A stretch of 64,000 nt of DNA. Origin: Lama guanicoe. Taxonomy: Eukaryota. This document shows positions 48,810 to 60,829 of this stretch, one piece after another. Below the pieces are notes generated by a model, which was given only the letters and a program-made list of their open reading frames with translations, did not search any database and was not told where the DNA came from. The first letter of the stretch is position 1, and each line of letters opens with the position of its first letter. Position numbers and translations under genes: made by a program. The stretch lies in the NCBI GenBank assembly GCA_013239625.1, contig MU054338.1, forward strand, positions 2,978,977-3,042,976, in the 5' to 3' direction.

Positions 48810-49290
48810 TTCAGCCATAAAAAGGAGAGATGCACTGACACTCACTACAACCTGGGTGGACCTTGAAAACATGATGCTCAGTGAGAGAAGCCAGACACAT
48901 AAGACCACACAGTGTGTAATTCTTTTTATATGAAAAATAGGCAAATCCATAGGCGGAAAGTAGACGAGTGGTTGCCAAGGGGCTGGGGTAGAGAATGACT
49001 GCTAATGGGGTCGGGGTTTCTTTTGAGGCTGATGAGAATATTCCAGAATTAAATAGTAGTGATGGCTCTGAATATATATTGAAAAACATTGAGTTGTACA
49101 ATTTAAAAGGGTGAATGGGGGGAGTGGGAAGGTAATTAGGTTTATTTGTTTATTTAATAGAGTTGCTGGGGATTGAACCCAGGACCTGCATGCCAAGCAC
49201 ACGCTCTACCACTGAGCTATACCCTCCCCCACCAAAGGGGTGAATTTTATGGTATGTAACTTGTATATTTCAACACAATTTAAAAACAAG
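48810..49290 (+). mobile_element. L1MB-like 3' end (contains a SINE)
   Basis: tactattcagccataaaaagg...ccttgaaaacatgatgctcagtgagagaagccagacac...gtgaattttatggtatgtaac. Confidence 0.82.
49117..49230 (-). mobile_element. Vic-1-like SINE nested in an L1M 3' end
   Basis: Reverse-complement head ...ctaccactgagctataccctccccc. TSD-like gggtgaat on both sides. Confidence 0.86.
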
Positions 49291-49524
49291 CAAAGGTCCT
49301 AAACGGTCAAAAAACCTTACTTTCTAATTATTTTACTGCATTTGCGATGATCTATGCTCTTGAGGTTATTTTCATCTCGTTGGTGGAGACAGTGAGCCGT
49401 TCTTCCCAACTCCAAGTTCAAGTTGGAAGTTTGAAATTGGCCACGGTGGGAGAATTTACACCATAGAAACTGGCAGATACTACAAATCAGGGCTTGATGT
49501 GCCATTTTGTTGGTAGTCTAATCC

Positions 49525-49706
49525 AGATGCTGGCCAATCTTTTTCTGTCAAGGGCCAGACTAAATATCTTTGGCTTTGCCAACCGTATAGTCTCTGTGGC
49601 CCCTATTCAAGGCTGCGTTACAGTATGTACACAAGTGGGGGTGGCCATGTGCCAATAAAACTTTATTTACAAAACAGGCGGTGGGCCAGAGTTTGCCACT
49701 CCCCTG
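49525..49706. mobile_element. MER58A-like DNA transposon
   Basis: ttttctgtcaagggccagac...ccaataaaactttatttacaaaacaggcggtgggccaga...tttgccactcccctg. Confidence 0.8.
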
Positions 49707-51303
49707 GTATAACTTCAGGAAATGTCAATAATAAAAATTAAATTTAAAAGGGTGGCATGTGTCTAGCTGCTTCCTCGTGAATAGCACAGAAACACGGAGG
49801 GAACTATTCTCTCACTGTTCAAAAACCACACTCTGATTCAGCAAATAAGTTGCTCCCTTGGCTGAGGAATGAATAAGTGAAATCCAAATTCTCCTTGTTG
49901 GTATAAAAGGGACCATTCAGTGACACCCGTGTCAGAACTACTCTCATTTGCCTGTCGCAGCTACGGACTGGCTGCTGGTCCCAGCTTGGCAGAGCTCACG
50001 GAGGACATTTAGTGAGCATCAGTGGCCTGTGGAATTCCCAGCGGGGAGTGCTGTGTGCTTCCCTATGTCTGCAAGTTGCTTGGCACACATCCTTTGTATC
50101 AGGAACACTTATGATACACATTTGTTTTTTCCTGGAAAGCTGGTAGGTAAGAATTTTCCAGCATGTGGTGAATGGGACGCGGCACTCACGGTGCGCGGGG
50201 GGGCAGTGGGGACCCTGGGAAGCAGGATTTCCTGCCCTGTGGAATCCCAGCCACCCCCACACCTGGCATCCAAAACCCGGGAAGCGTGGGTTAAGGGGTT
50301 CCCCAGCACGGCTGTGACCTGGGTTGCCGCGTGTGCAGCTCAGGTTGGATGGAGGGGAGGTGGGAGGAGTCCCCCCATCTGGGCATTCTAACCCACAGGG
50401 CCTCAGCAGAGGTGCTGAGGCTGGACTGTGCCTGGAAGGAGGGGAGGTCGTTGGGGTGCGGGGGAGAGGTTGGCCTTGTTCTGGGGTTTCGGGACCAAAG
50501 GGACTGGGATGAACAAGGTCCACTGCCTGTACCTTCCCCTTGGGGGAGGCTCAGATACAGTCCTGCCTTGGGGCTTTGCCTGTGCCGGGGGCAGGAGTGG
50601 GTAGGAGGAAGGATGCTGTCATGTCTAGAGTAACCCGTGGCTCCAGGTCAGTGTCTGTAGCCAGTTTGGGAGCTGGAGTGCCCAAAATAAGGACGGGGAC
50701 AAAGGTCAGAGTCCATAAGACAGTGTGGTTGGCAGAGGGTGAAAGTCTGAGATTTGGACGGGGGCTGGGGTTCCCAGAAGAACATGGGGGGCGGGGTGGG
50801 AGTCGGGCTGAGCCAGGGACTCAGGGACTGGACACCCAATTCACAGATGGGAAAGCTGCCCCCGGGGGCTGGGGTTTGTCTGGGGTCGTGGTGGGGAGAT
50901 TTCACGGCTGTGGGGGAGGGCCTGGACAGTGGCCTTCGCGGGGACTGTGGACTCCCTGTTCTTGCAACCCATCTGGCACTGTCCTGCCCCAGGGCCTTTG
51001 CACAAGCCATTCCCTCTGCCTGACTCACCTTCTCCTAGACCTTCTCTTCCAAGTCCCAGCTCCAGGGGCTCCACTTCAGAGAGGCCTTCCTGACGACCTG
51101 GCCCAGGTCACCTGCCATCCCTGGCTGTCACTGCTCCCTGCCCCTGGGACTTATCTGTCCCTGAAATTATCCTTTTTATTTTCACATTCACTGTTTCCTG
51201 GTGCCTCCTTCCAGTGTGGGTGACCATACCTCTGCAGGGGCTGTTTTGATAATTTGGAGGGCCTCCCCCTCCCTCGTGACAATAACAAGATGTGCTAGCT
51301 GCT

Positions 51304-51467
51304 GGGGGGCAGGGACCAAGGACACAGGCAGCAAGGCACACTCGGGGGGCAGGGACCAAGGACCCAGGCAGCAAGGCACACTCAGGGGGGCAGGGACCAA
51401 GGACCCAGGCAACAAGGCACACCCGGGGGGGCAGGGACCAAGGACCCAGGCAGCGAGGCACACCCGG
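51304..51467 (+). repeat. Minisatellite, four copies of a 40-41 bp unit
   Basis: Unit ggggggcagggaccaaggacccaggcagcaaggcacactc, with 1-2 substitutions per copy. Confidence 0.95.
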
Positions 51468-51954
51468 GCAGCCCCTCAGCCCTCACGACCTCCTAATGTC
51501 CTTCAGAAACATAAACCAATGACTGGGGGTCTCAAAATTCAATGACTACTCCTGAAATTTAACTCCTGGGTAAATCAAGGGAAGAGGGAGCTCTCTCCTA
51601 ATAGGAATTTGTAGCTACGTGGCCACTGCGATGCCCTGCCTGGGCCAGACCTCGGAGAGAGCCACTCCACCACCAGGTGCAGGGAGCTGGAGCTCTTACG
51701 GAAATTCTGTTTCACCAAACGTGTATTTAGCACCTACTGTGTTCCTGGCAAGGTGGAAGTGATTTACAAATCTCAACTTGTATAATCCTTTTATTTCTGT
51801 TCGTATTACTGTTTGGCCCAAATCCTGATTTTCAGATTTTTAAAATTTAACATAGCATAAAATATATAAAGTAAAAGGCCCAGAGGTATAAAATATATAC
51901 ATGATATATGTGCTTTTGAGATATAAGCCACATATTGTAAAGTGCACCACTTTA

Positions 51955-52096
51955 TTTTTTTTAACATTTTTTATTGATTTATAATCATTTTACAATGTTG
52001 TGTCAAATTCCAGTGTTCAGCACAATTTTTCAGTCATTCATGGACATATACTCACTCATTGTCACATTTTTTTCTCTGTGAGTTATCATAACATAA
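51955..52096 (-). mobile_element. 5'-truncated young L1 3' end with 12-bp TSD
   Basis: TSD tgcaccacttta at 51943-51954 and 52097-52108. Homologous to the L1 3' end at ~25290-25330. Confidence 0.85.
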
Positions 52097-52109
52097 TGCA
52101 CCACTTTAA

Positions 52110-52960
52110 AGTGCTCAAATTCCAGAACATTCTGCCACCCCCAGAAATCCTGACCCCATGAGAAGTCACTCTCCATTCTCTGCTCCCCTAGCGCCTGCAA
52201 CCACAAATCCACTCCCTGTGTCTGGGGACTGGCCTGTTCTGGACGTCTCACATCCGTGGACTCACACACTGTGTGTCCTTCTGTGTCTGCTTCTCTCCCT
52301 GAGCACCGTGCTCTCAGGGTCTGTCCACATCAGATCGAGGGTCAGTGCTTCCTTGCTTTTTACAACTGAATAACATCCCAGTGGGTAGATGGACCACATT
52401 TTACTTGTCCACCCGTGTGTTGTTGGGTGTTTGGGTTGCTTCCGTCCTGGCTATTACGAATCATGCTGCTATGCCCGTGTGCATGAGGTTTTGTTTTGAA
52501 CACAGGTTTTCACTTCTTTGGGGTAGATACTTAGGAGCGGAATTGCTGCATCACGTGGTAACTCTGTTTGTTTGAGGAACTGCCAGAAAGCTGTTTTCCA
52601 TGGCGGCTGCGCCATTTCCCATTCCCACCAGCCGTGAAGGAGGGTCGCAGTTTCTCCCGCCCTCGCCGGCCCTTGTCCTGTCTGCCTTTCTGGCAGCAGC
52701 AATCCCAGTTGGGGTGGGGTGACATGTCAGTGTGCTGGTGATCTCCGTCTTCCTGGCAGCCCATGATGCTGAGCATATTTCCACCTGCTTATTGGCCATT
52801 TACCCATCTTCTCTGGAGAATATTAGATTTTTTTTTTAAAATCAAGATATAAGTCACAGACCATAAAATTCCTACTTGGGGAGTTTACACTTCGCTGGTT
52901 TTGCGTGTATTCACGTTGCTTTGTAACCATCGAGCCGGAAGACTTTTTACACTCGTGTAG
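52110..52960 (-). mobile_element. L1M fragments, antisense
   Basis: ccacaaatccactccctgtgtct...ggaattgctgcatcacgtggtaactctgtttg...gaggaactgccaga...gcttattggccattt. Confidence 0.8.
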
Positions 52961-55900
52961 ACCCAGATGCTGACACGGAAAAAGAAACATCCCAGCCCCG
53001 CTCCCTGTACAATCCTCCTCACCTTTAATAAGGAGGTGGCAGGGACCTAGAAGGCTAGGATCCCTGGGAAGGCAGGGACGCGATCTCTTTTGATCCCTGC
53101 TGTATCCCCAGGGCCTGGGATACAGTTGGCACTCCAAAAGTGCTCACTGAGGAACTGAATGAATGTTCCAGACTAGACCTTGAAGCTTTAGCGGGATTTT
53201 TTGGCTTGTGACAACAGTGGGGTGTTCTGGCATTTGATGGGCAGGGGCCAGGGAACTGACCATCTGGCCACTGGGCCCCTCAGCAGCCCCTGGGGACGCC
53301 CTGCCCCCAAAGGGCTGACAGGGTGCAGCCGGGCCCCTCCCGGCTGGTCTGCCCTTGGACCTGGATGAGCGCAGCTGGCAGGAAGGAAGGCTGGGGTTTA
53401 TTTTGGTCCCCAGCGTGCTCCCCTGGGAGAGCAGTCATCTCCCTGCCTGGCTGCTTGGATGGGGGTGTTTCTGGCAGAACAATGGGTTGGGGGGGGCCAT
53501 GCAGCTGGTCTGGTCCAGGTGTTGCAGGTCTGGGGGCTGGCCCAAGGGGCTAGGAGCGGGGAGGCCGAGAGGGGAGGCCACGGCTGCCCCTACCCCTTTT
53601 TCTTCTGTGCTTGGCAGGGTGGGGGTAGGGGTGGCGCTGAGGCTGAGGGCCCAGGCTCTTCATGAAGCTGGTAAACAGGACAACTTTCCCTCTGAACCAA
53701 CACGCCGAACCTCAGGACTTGCAGATGGGAAGGTCAAGGCTCAGAGAGGGGCAGGGCCCAGCCTGGGGTCAAACAGCAAATAGGCAGAAAGGCCTGGGCT
53801 CCAGCACCCCTGGAATCCAGGGAAAGACATGCTCCTCTCTGAGCCTCAGTCTGTCTATCTGTAAACTAGGGAGACTTGACCCAGGGTGTTGGGAGTTCAC
53901 TCTAGGTTCCAGTGTCTGCAGATATCCTTTCCCTCATGTATTCAACAAACACTTATTGGGCACCTGCTGAGTACCAGGCCCTGGCTGGCCACCAGACATG
54001 GTATGAACAAGAGAGATGCACCCGCTACCCGTATCGTCAGGCCAGGGAGATGGACACCAAAACCAAGGTGCTCAGGGCTGTGATGGAAGATGCCCAGGGC
54101 ACCGTGGGGACCGAGGGGGCATCCATCCCAGCCTGGGGCATCTGGGAATCCTTCTAGGAGGAGGTGACAGTAACTGAGACTTGAATGAGGAGCAGGAGTT
54201 TACGGGATGAGTGATGGGGGAGGAGGGCTCCAGGTAGAGGGAGTGGAATAGAACGTGGTGAGAGGGCCCCCCCGAGGCACGGGTACTCCTCACTGTTGCT
54301 CCTTCTTCCAGACAGCGTCACAGAGAAGTCGGTCTGTACATTCAGGGACCTGAATGGCGTAGAGCTTAAAGGTTGGAATTCCAGGCAGTGGCATCCAGCC
54401 TCTTGCCCAGGAGACACTCACAGCCTAGGGGGCCCTGGGGTTGGCCACAAGCTTCTGCCCTAGGATGGACTTAGTTCTCTGTCCTAACATTCTCCGTCCT
54501 CCATTTTACAGATGGAGAAACTGAGGCACAGGGCAGCTATGTTCCTTAACCAAGTGGTCAGAGCTGGGAGCAGGTCCTAAATATTGGGGTGGTTTTGTCA
54601 AGGGGGGCAGCTCCCAGCTCTCCAAGACTCGGGGAGACTCGCAGGCGTCAACTAGGGAAGGCAGAGGAAGTTAGGCGTGCAGAGGGTGGGAGCAGGCAGT
54701 CACAGTGTTGCTGTGTGGCCTTGGGGAAGTGGCTCAGCCTCTCTGTGAATTGGCAACCAGCCCCAAACCAGGCAGAAATGATGAAATGGGCACATGCCAC
54801 TGGCACAGGATCTGCCACACGGTGCTCAGTCAACATAGTCCTGCTCTGGCCCCAGCCTGTGTAGCCCCAGGGTCTGGGACTGGTGTAGGGGGCAGGGAAG
54901 GCTGGTCCTTTCATCTCCAGGCCCACCCTGACCTCTGCGGGCAGGGATAGGGCAGCTGAGGGTTGGGACTTCTCCGGGAGTCTGAGCTCACACAAAGACG
55001 GGCTTTGTGGGGGCTCCTGGGGGTGAGAGGGTGCCCACGTGGCATTCCTGGTCTGGCCTGGGGCTGGGGTAGGGGTGGATTCTGACCAGGGCCTGCGGCA
55101 GCAGCGAATGAAGCCTGGGGGTGGGGCTGAGGCTCCCTCATTCATTCGGCAGATGTTTCTGGAGTCTCCAAGGACACAGCGGATAAGGAGTCAGGCCCAT
55201 TACCTCCCTTCGTGGCCTGCAGTGAGGCAGACCACTGAGGAAGCAAAGCCGGTGGGTGGGGCAGAGCAGTGATGGGGGATGCCTGGGGCACTGTGTGGCT
55301 CAGAGGAGGTGCTTCACCGTCAGTCTGGCAGTTCAGGGATGGCTTCCTAGAGAAGGTGGTGTCCAGGCTGAACTGAGGGGAAGACGCAGGGGCTTAGGGG
55401 CCAGGGCTTTGGGGGATGTATGTAAGTCTGTCAGGGACGGGGCTGGGGCACGAACGAGGTGTGGGGCTTGGTCCTGGGAGCCATGAGGAGCTGCCAGTTG
55501 GTTCTTAGAAGGCAAGAGCTGTGCCCAGATGTACAATTTAGGAAGAATTCTGGTGCTGCGGGAAGGAGGTGGTTGGAGGGGGAGGCTCCTGAGCCTGGGA
55601 AGCCTGGATGATGGCCACAGCAGGAAGAACAAAAGGAGGGAGACACAGGGGGCCCAGGCTTCCACAGCTGGAGGCCTGGCCAGCACTCCCAGAGAGCTAG
55701 CCTGCCGTTCACACTGGTCACCTCCCTGGCCCTTTCCTGAGTGGAAGCTGTCGCAAGTCAATGTTTCTGTATTAGGGGAATCATTGGAGAGATGCATTTC
55801 CAGAAACTCCAAAGATGGCCCTGGGGAACCCCCACCCACCCAGCCTACTGCCCACCTGACTCATTCGGGGCCTGACTAAGGCCTCAGAGATGTCTGTTGT

Positions 55901-56635
55901 AAATTCACCAGGGAATTGGTGGCTGGGCTCCTCCGCTGTGAATAGCCCAGGGGCTGGGGCTGGGACCCTGTTTCACAGAACTGCGGGATAAGGGTTGGGG
56001 AATGATAAGCTGGACCCCCTGTGATAACCCCCCTTGAGCCCCTTCTCAACTCACAGCAAGGACACAGTGGGTTTGGAGGGCTAGTGCCAAGGCCCACAAC
56101 CAGTGGGGGACCACAAATAGATTTCACCATTATGCATTAACTCCTTTGACTTAATACCCTTTTTTTTTTTTAAGGAAAACAAATTCCCTCGGGTCATCCT
56201 CTCTTCAGTGTGAATGCTCTTTTTTCACAAGCTTTTCCTATGTAGGTCTTTGCATTCTGTGCTCTAGCTACTCGCTATTTCCTGCCTCCAGGCCTCAGCG
56301 CAAGCGGATCTTTGGGCCTGGGATGCCTTCCCCGTTTTCTAACCTGTGCCCTCCTCCAGGAGGCCTGCCTGGGCCCCCCTGAAATGCTGGGGTGCCCTGC
56401 TGTGGGGCTCTTGCAGCTTCCCGGATTGTGGCACTTGCCGTGTGTTCCTGGGGGGCTCGTTGGTTGGCCCTGCACACCGCGTCCTGCCACATAGTAGGTC
56501 TGTGGCCTGGGCACACTGGAGACAGGCTGCTGGTGTGTACCCATTTCCGGGTGGGGAAGCTGGTGGCCGCGCATGTCAGCAGCCCAGGCCACGCGGCCTG
56601 ACCGTGGGTCTGTCTGTCTGTCCTTGCCAGGGCGG

Positions 56636-57196
56636 ATGGATACCTTCAGCACCAAGAGCCTGGCCCTGCAGGCCCAGAAGAAGCTCCTGAGCAAGATGGC
56701 ATCCAGGGCGGTGGCAGGGGCCTTCATCGACGACGCGAGCAGCGAGGTGCTGGATGAGCTGTACCGCGCCACCAAGGAGTTCACCCGCAGCCGCAAGGAG
56801 GCCCAGAAGGTGGTCAAGAACCTGGTCAAGGTGGCCGTGAAGCTGGGCGTCCTGCTGCGCGCCGGGCAGCTGGGCGGCGAGGAGCTGGAGCGGCTGCAGT
56901 GCTTCCGCCAGCAGGCCCGCCGCCTGGCCATGACCGCCGTCAGCTTCCACCAGGTGGACTTCACCTTCGACCGGCGCGTGCTGGCCGCCGCCCTGCTCGA
57001 GTGCCGGGACCTGCTGCACCAGGCGGCCGGCCCGCACCTGACCGCCAAGTCCCACGGCCGCATCAACCACGTGTTCGGCCACTTTGCCGACTGCGACTTC
57101 CTGGCCGCGCTCTACGGCCCCACCGAGCCCTACCGCTCCCACCTGCACAGGATCTGCGAGGGCCTCAGCAGGATGCTGGATGAGGACAGCATTTGA
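56636..57196 (+). CDS. TNFAIP8L1: TNF alpha-induced protein 8-like 1 (TIPE1), complete single coding exon, 186 aa
   Basis: Translation [23 protein letters not shown]...[13 protein letters not shown]...[13 protein letters not shown]...LDEDSI is recognisable TNFAIP8-family (TIPE1) sequence. The acceptor tgtctgtctgtccttgccag ends at 56630, 5 nt before the ATG. Strong GC3 bias. MYDGF is the convergent neighbour, as in human. Confidence 0.97.
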   Translation: MDTFSTKSLALQAQKKLLSKMASRAVAGAFIDDASSEVLDELYRATKEFTRSRKEAQKVVKNLVKVAVKLGVLLRAGQLGGEELERLQCFRQQARRLAMTAVSFHQVDFTFDRRVLAAALLECRDLLHQAAGPHLTAKSHGRINHVFGHFADCDFLAALYGPTEPYRSHLHRICEGLSRMLDEDSI

Positions 57197-57617
57197 CCTC
57201 CGCCCTCTGGCTGCTGCGGGCTTCCCGCTGGGGGCGGGGCTTGCGGGGTTTTTTTAACCTCTTTTCTTCCAGTCTGACTCTGGCCAAACACCCTGTCCCC
57301 ACCCCCCCACACAGAGGTGACACGTCCCCTCCTCGGAGGACTCTGCAGCTCTAAGGACCCCAACGCCTCTCCTCTGGCCCAGTCTCCTGGGGAGCGCTCA
57401 GCGCAGAGCCCGGCACAGCCCGCTGTGTGCGCTGCCTTCCCCTGCGCCGAGACCGCTGCCTGCCTGGTTGCCTGTCCGAGCAACAGCCCTGAGTGACTGG
57501 CCTGTAACCCTCAAATCACCTGGTGTCTCTGAAAGCTGGTGGCTTCCCGCTTAATAATGCTGCCTGGGCCTTTTCATTCCTCCAGAGAGGGTCATGGTGG
57601 AGCGGGACAAAGGGAGT

Positions 57618-58050
57618 GTTGTGGAGTGGGCTGTCCCCCAACCCCTCCGAATTCCTAACCCTCAGGACCTCTGAATATGACCTGATTTGGAAGTAAGGTG
57701 ATTGTAGATTTAATTAGTTAAGATGAGTTCATACTGGAGCAGCGTGGGCCGCTGACCCTTATGACTGGTGTCCTTATAAGAAGGGGGCAAGTAGACACAG
57801 ACACAGAGGAGAATGCTATGTGAAGATGGAGGCAGAAACTGGAGGGATGTGTCTACAAGAAAAAGAACACCACGGATTGCCAGCAACCCCTAGAAGCTGG
57901 GAGAGAGCCTGGAACATACCTCAGAGGGAACCAGCCCGGCCGACACCTTGGTCTCAGACTTCTGGCCTCCAGAGCTGAGAGTGAACAAGCTTCCGTTGTT
58001 CCAGCCTCCCAGGCTGGGGGAGCCGTTCTGCAGCCCAGGAAAGGAACTCA
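57618..58050 (+). mobile_element. MaLR LTR (MLT1B/C-like) within the presumed TNFAIP8L1 3' UTR
   Basis: aatatgacctgatttggaagtaagg...atgactggtgtccttataagaagggg...gacaccttggtctcagacttctggcctccagagctg. Confidence 0.85.
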
Positions 58051-59111
58051 GGGAGCCGTGGCAAGGGCTGTGGTGGGTGCAGGCACGGCAGCACGGACGC
58101 CGCCTCCATTTATTTGGCTGGAGACGCAGCCTTGCCTCCCACGTGGGAGGGGACGGAGCACCCACCCACGCAGGGCACAAGGGGAAAGCCATCTGAGATG
58201 CGTGCACGTTTTGAAACAACCATTTCACATTTGGAAAACACACACACACATAACGGTTTCTGTAAGACAGACCTCAGAAAACACAGCTCAACAAATCTTG
58301 GCTTCAGCGACACCCAGCAGATACGGCGATTCTTAACCTGGGGCGTGGATGGACACGTGGGGGTGTGGGAGCGCATTTGCCGTTTGTTTGTCAGAAGTGG
58401 GGAGTGGGTTTTAAAAGACTGCAGAACATGGCTGCAGGCCTGGCCGTGTCAGGGCCGGGAAGGCTATTCTGGGCACCCTTAGGGGAGAGGGAAATGATGT
58501 CCCAGGACTGTTTTTGCAGATCCTGGTCTGTTTAGGGCAAAAGCTGCAAACAGGAGGCCTGCAGGCCTCATTAGGAGAGAGAAGGTGAGTCTGCTTGGCC
58601 CCATCCGGTGTTTTGAGACATTTGGAATTAGTTGCCAACACTTAAAACCAAGGAAATTGCACATACCAATCTAGATCTGGAGTTTCTCTAGAAAACTCGC
58701 CTGCACTGCCCACTGGTGAGGCTGCATAGAGGCTGCCCCTCTTTGCTTTGCCACAGTCGCCACCACTCCCTTTGGCCTCTCCACCGCATGCTGGGCTGGC
58801 TGATAGACTAGGACCCCAGATTCAGGGCAGCATTTCTCTGGTTTCTGCTGCCCTGAAAAAGCCAAAAGGCTTTCACCCAAGTGCCAGCCATTCCTCCCTC
58901 TGCCCTCCACGTCTAAGGCAGACTTCCCCCATTATCTTTGGTCAAGAGACACAAATTCAAATTCAACAACAAACGTGCATTTTGAATACCCCGAGAAGTC
59001 CCAGGTGAACTCCTTTGCCCTCTGCTCTGCTGAGCAACATCCACGTGCCCAAGGCTCACACTTGTTCCCTATCCAGCCTGCCTCAACTCTTCATACATGA
59101 AATTTAATTTA

Positions 59112-59117
59112 AATAAA
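59112..59117 (+). terminator. TNFAIP8L1: Candidate polyadenylation signal (AATAAA) of TNFAIP8L1
   Basis: AATAAA in an AT-rich patch ~1.9 kb after the stop codon; the first canonical hexamer I found downstream of the CDS. Confidence 0.55.
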
Positions 59118-60360
59118 AGCCAAAGAGCACTAAAGAACTATGTAAATAGAAGCACCTCCTCTCACCTGCCCGGGGTTTCGGTCTTTGGAATCAAGGTTGC
59201 ACATGAATGTCACACACCTGTGGCCTGTTGGCAGGTTTAATTCCCGCCAAGCTGGGTGCCAGATGGGAGGAGCGGGGGTGGCAGAGCTGGGCTTCTACAG
59301 CCCAAACAGGGCTCAAGTCAGCTGCTCATCATGACGAAAGGTCCTGGGGCCGGGCAGCTTCGCTCACCAGACAGCTCCACAGACACACACGCACGCATCA
59401 CGCGGGACTGGGAAGTGGTACCTGATTCCGGGCCAACTGGGGCAGAATCAGCCCCGCCTTGGTTGGGGTCCGGCCCCTGCGCACCTCAAAGCCCAGGGTG
59501 CACCGTCGTCTCCACCTGTCTGGCTGCCTGGTTTTTGTAGGAGGCCCCGGACAACCAGCTCCCGGGCCCTGCCGAGCCCTGCAGGTGGCATGCTGGGTGG
59601 AGCGGGCCTTCCGCGGACGTGCAAGCGTCTGGAACCCCTCGCGAGGTGGTGCAGACCGCGTGTGCTTGACCGTCGAGGCTGCTAACTCCACCCTCTCAGT
59701 TGTTCCTGGTTCTGAGAGCAGCTGCTCTTGTGCCACCCTCTGGAACCGCTCCCGGCCTAGGGCAGGACCCCACACCCTTGGCTGGCATCTCCTCCGGCAG
59801 GTGGGGGTCACAGCAGCGCTGGCTCGGTGGTGGCACCACGGAGAGCCAGGTGAGTGACAGGCACGGAGAGGCCTCTGTCGACCCAACAAGGTGATTCTAA
59901 TTAGCAAGGATCCACTTCACAGCCACACGGTTTCTTTCCCCACAGTCAAGAGGCCAGGCTGATGGTCAAGTGGGCGGTTAGACGCTCAGCCCCTGAGTGG
60001 CTGAGACATTTGGGGATTTCATTTATTTACTTTTGTTTGCCTGTGGGTGTTTTTTTAAGTCACTGAGCTGCAATCCAGCTTCAAAAAAATAAGCAAAGCC
60101 AACCACAGGGTGCAGAAGAGCAGGCCTGCCCTGGAGTGCTCCCCTCTGTGGGGTGTGGCCAGGTCCGTCCCACGGGCTCAGCGAGGTCCAGCCGCCTTGG
60201 GGCCCGGCAGAAGTTGTGCCTGGAGGTTCCACGTGGCCGGGGTGACGCAGCTCGCCTGTCTCCAGCAGGGAAGGGAAGCGGGGTCCCCCGTCCCACGTCC
60301 CAAGCCAGGCAGGCACCAGCGCCACATGCAAGACTGTGTGGTTGTTTTTTAACTGTCTTA

Positions 60361-60366
60361 TTTATT
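60361..60366 (-). terminator. MYDGF: Candidate MYDGF polyadenylation signal (AATAAA on - strand); a second candidate is at 60022-60027
   Basis: TTTATT on the + strand, ~385 nt past the stop codon, in an AT-rich patch. Confidence 0.6.
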
Positions 60367-60749
60367 TAAATAGGAAAGAACATTTCATTTCCTCCTAGTC
60401 TGAAAGGAAGTCCCCTGGGGAATTATAAGAAAACGGTCAGCTTGGGGTCAGAGGGCAGCAGGATGGCTCTGTCTTGGAACATCTCAGAGTCTGGCTGATC
60501 CCGGGGGAGTTATGTGCTGGCTTCAGAAAAGCCATGACCCCTGGGGCGGGGAAGGTGGGAGCCTGGAGAATGGTCCTGGCCCCCCAGACTCTGTCTGGGG
60601 GTTTCAGCCACCCTGTGTGCCCCTCCGAACAGGGCAACATCAGCCCAGGCAGAAAACAAACAGGCCCCCTAGAAAATCAGTTCTGAGCCCTCCTGGGGCC
60701 CGGCCTCTTCAGGGGAGACGGGAAGAGCCGCCCTCAGCAGGACTCCTGG

Positions 60750-60829
60750 TCAGAGCTCACTGCGCATCGCCTTGGCCACGATCACCAGCTTAGACAGCTC
60801 AGCCTTGAAGGCCCCAGGCCTGTGGGACA
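60750..60829 (-). CDS. MYDGF: MYDGF last coding exon ((V)SHRPGAFKAELSKLVIVAKAMRSEL*)
   Basis: 80 nt including the TGA. Acceptor ttcttttacag. Ends in the KDEL-like RSEL motif. Confidence 0.96.

Larger units (their letters stand above)
48430..49990. mobile_element. hAT-Tip100 (Arthur1-like) element fragmented by later insertions
   Basis: cagtggcatgccggagcc...agctcacaagaacc at the start and ccacggtgggagaatttacaccatagaaactggcagatactacaaatcagggcttg internally. Family name is from recalled consensus. Confidence 0.5.

Noticed and set aside
51304..51467. CRISPR-like array
   Set aside because: The units are contiguous without unique spacers, the context is mammalian and there are no cas genes.
56573..56635. 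21-aa N-terminal extension from ATG 56573
   Set aside because: It lies in the branch-point/polypyrimidine tract of the intron (acceptor AG at 56629-56630) and would need intron retention.
56275..57183. Antisense and alternate-frame ORFs (263, 190 and 94 aa) over TNFAIP8L1
   Set aside because: These are shadows of a very GC3-rich CDS, which suppresses stop codons in other frames.
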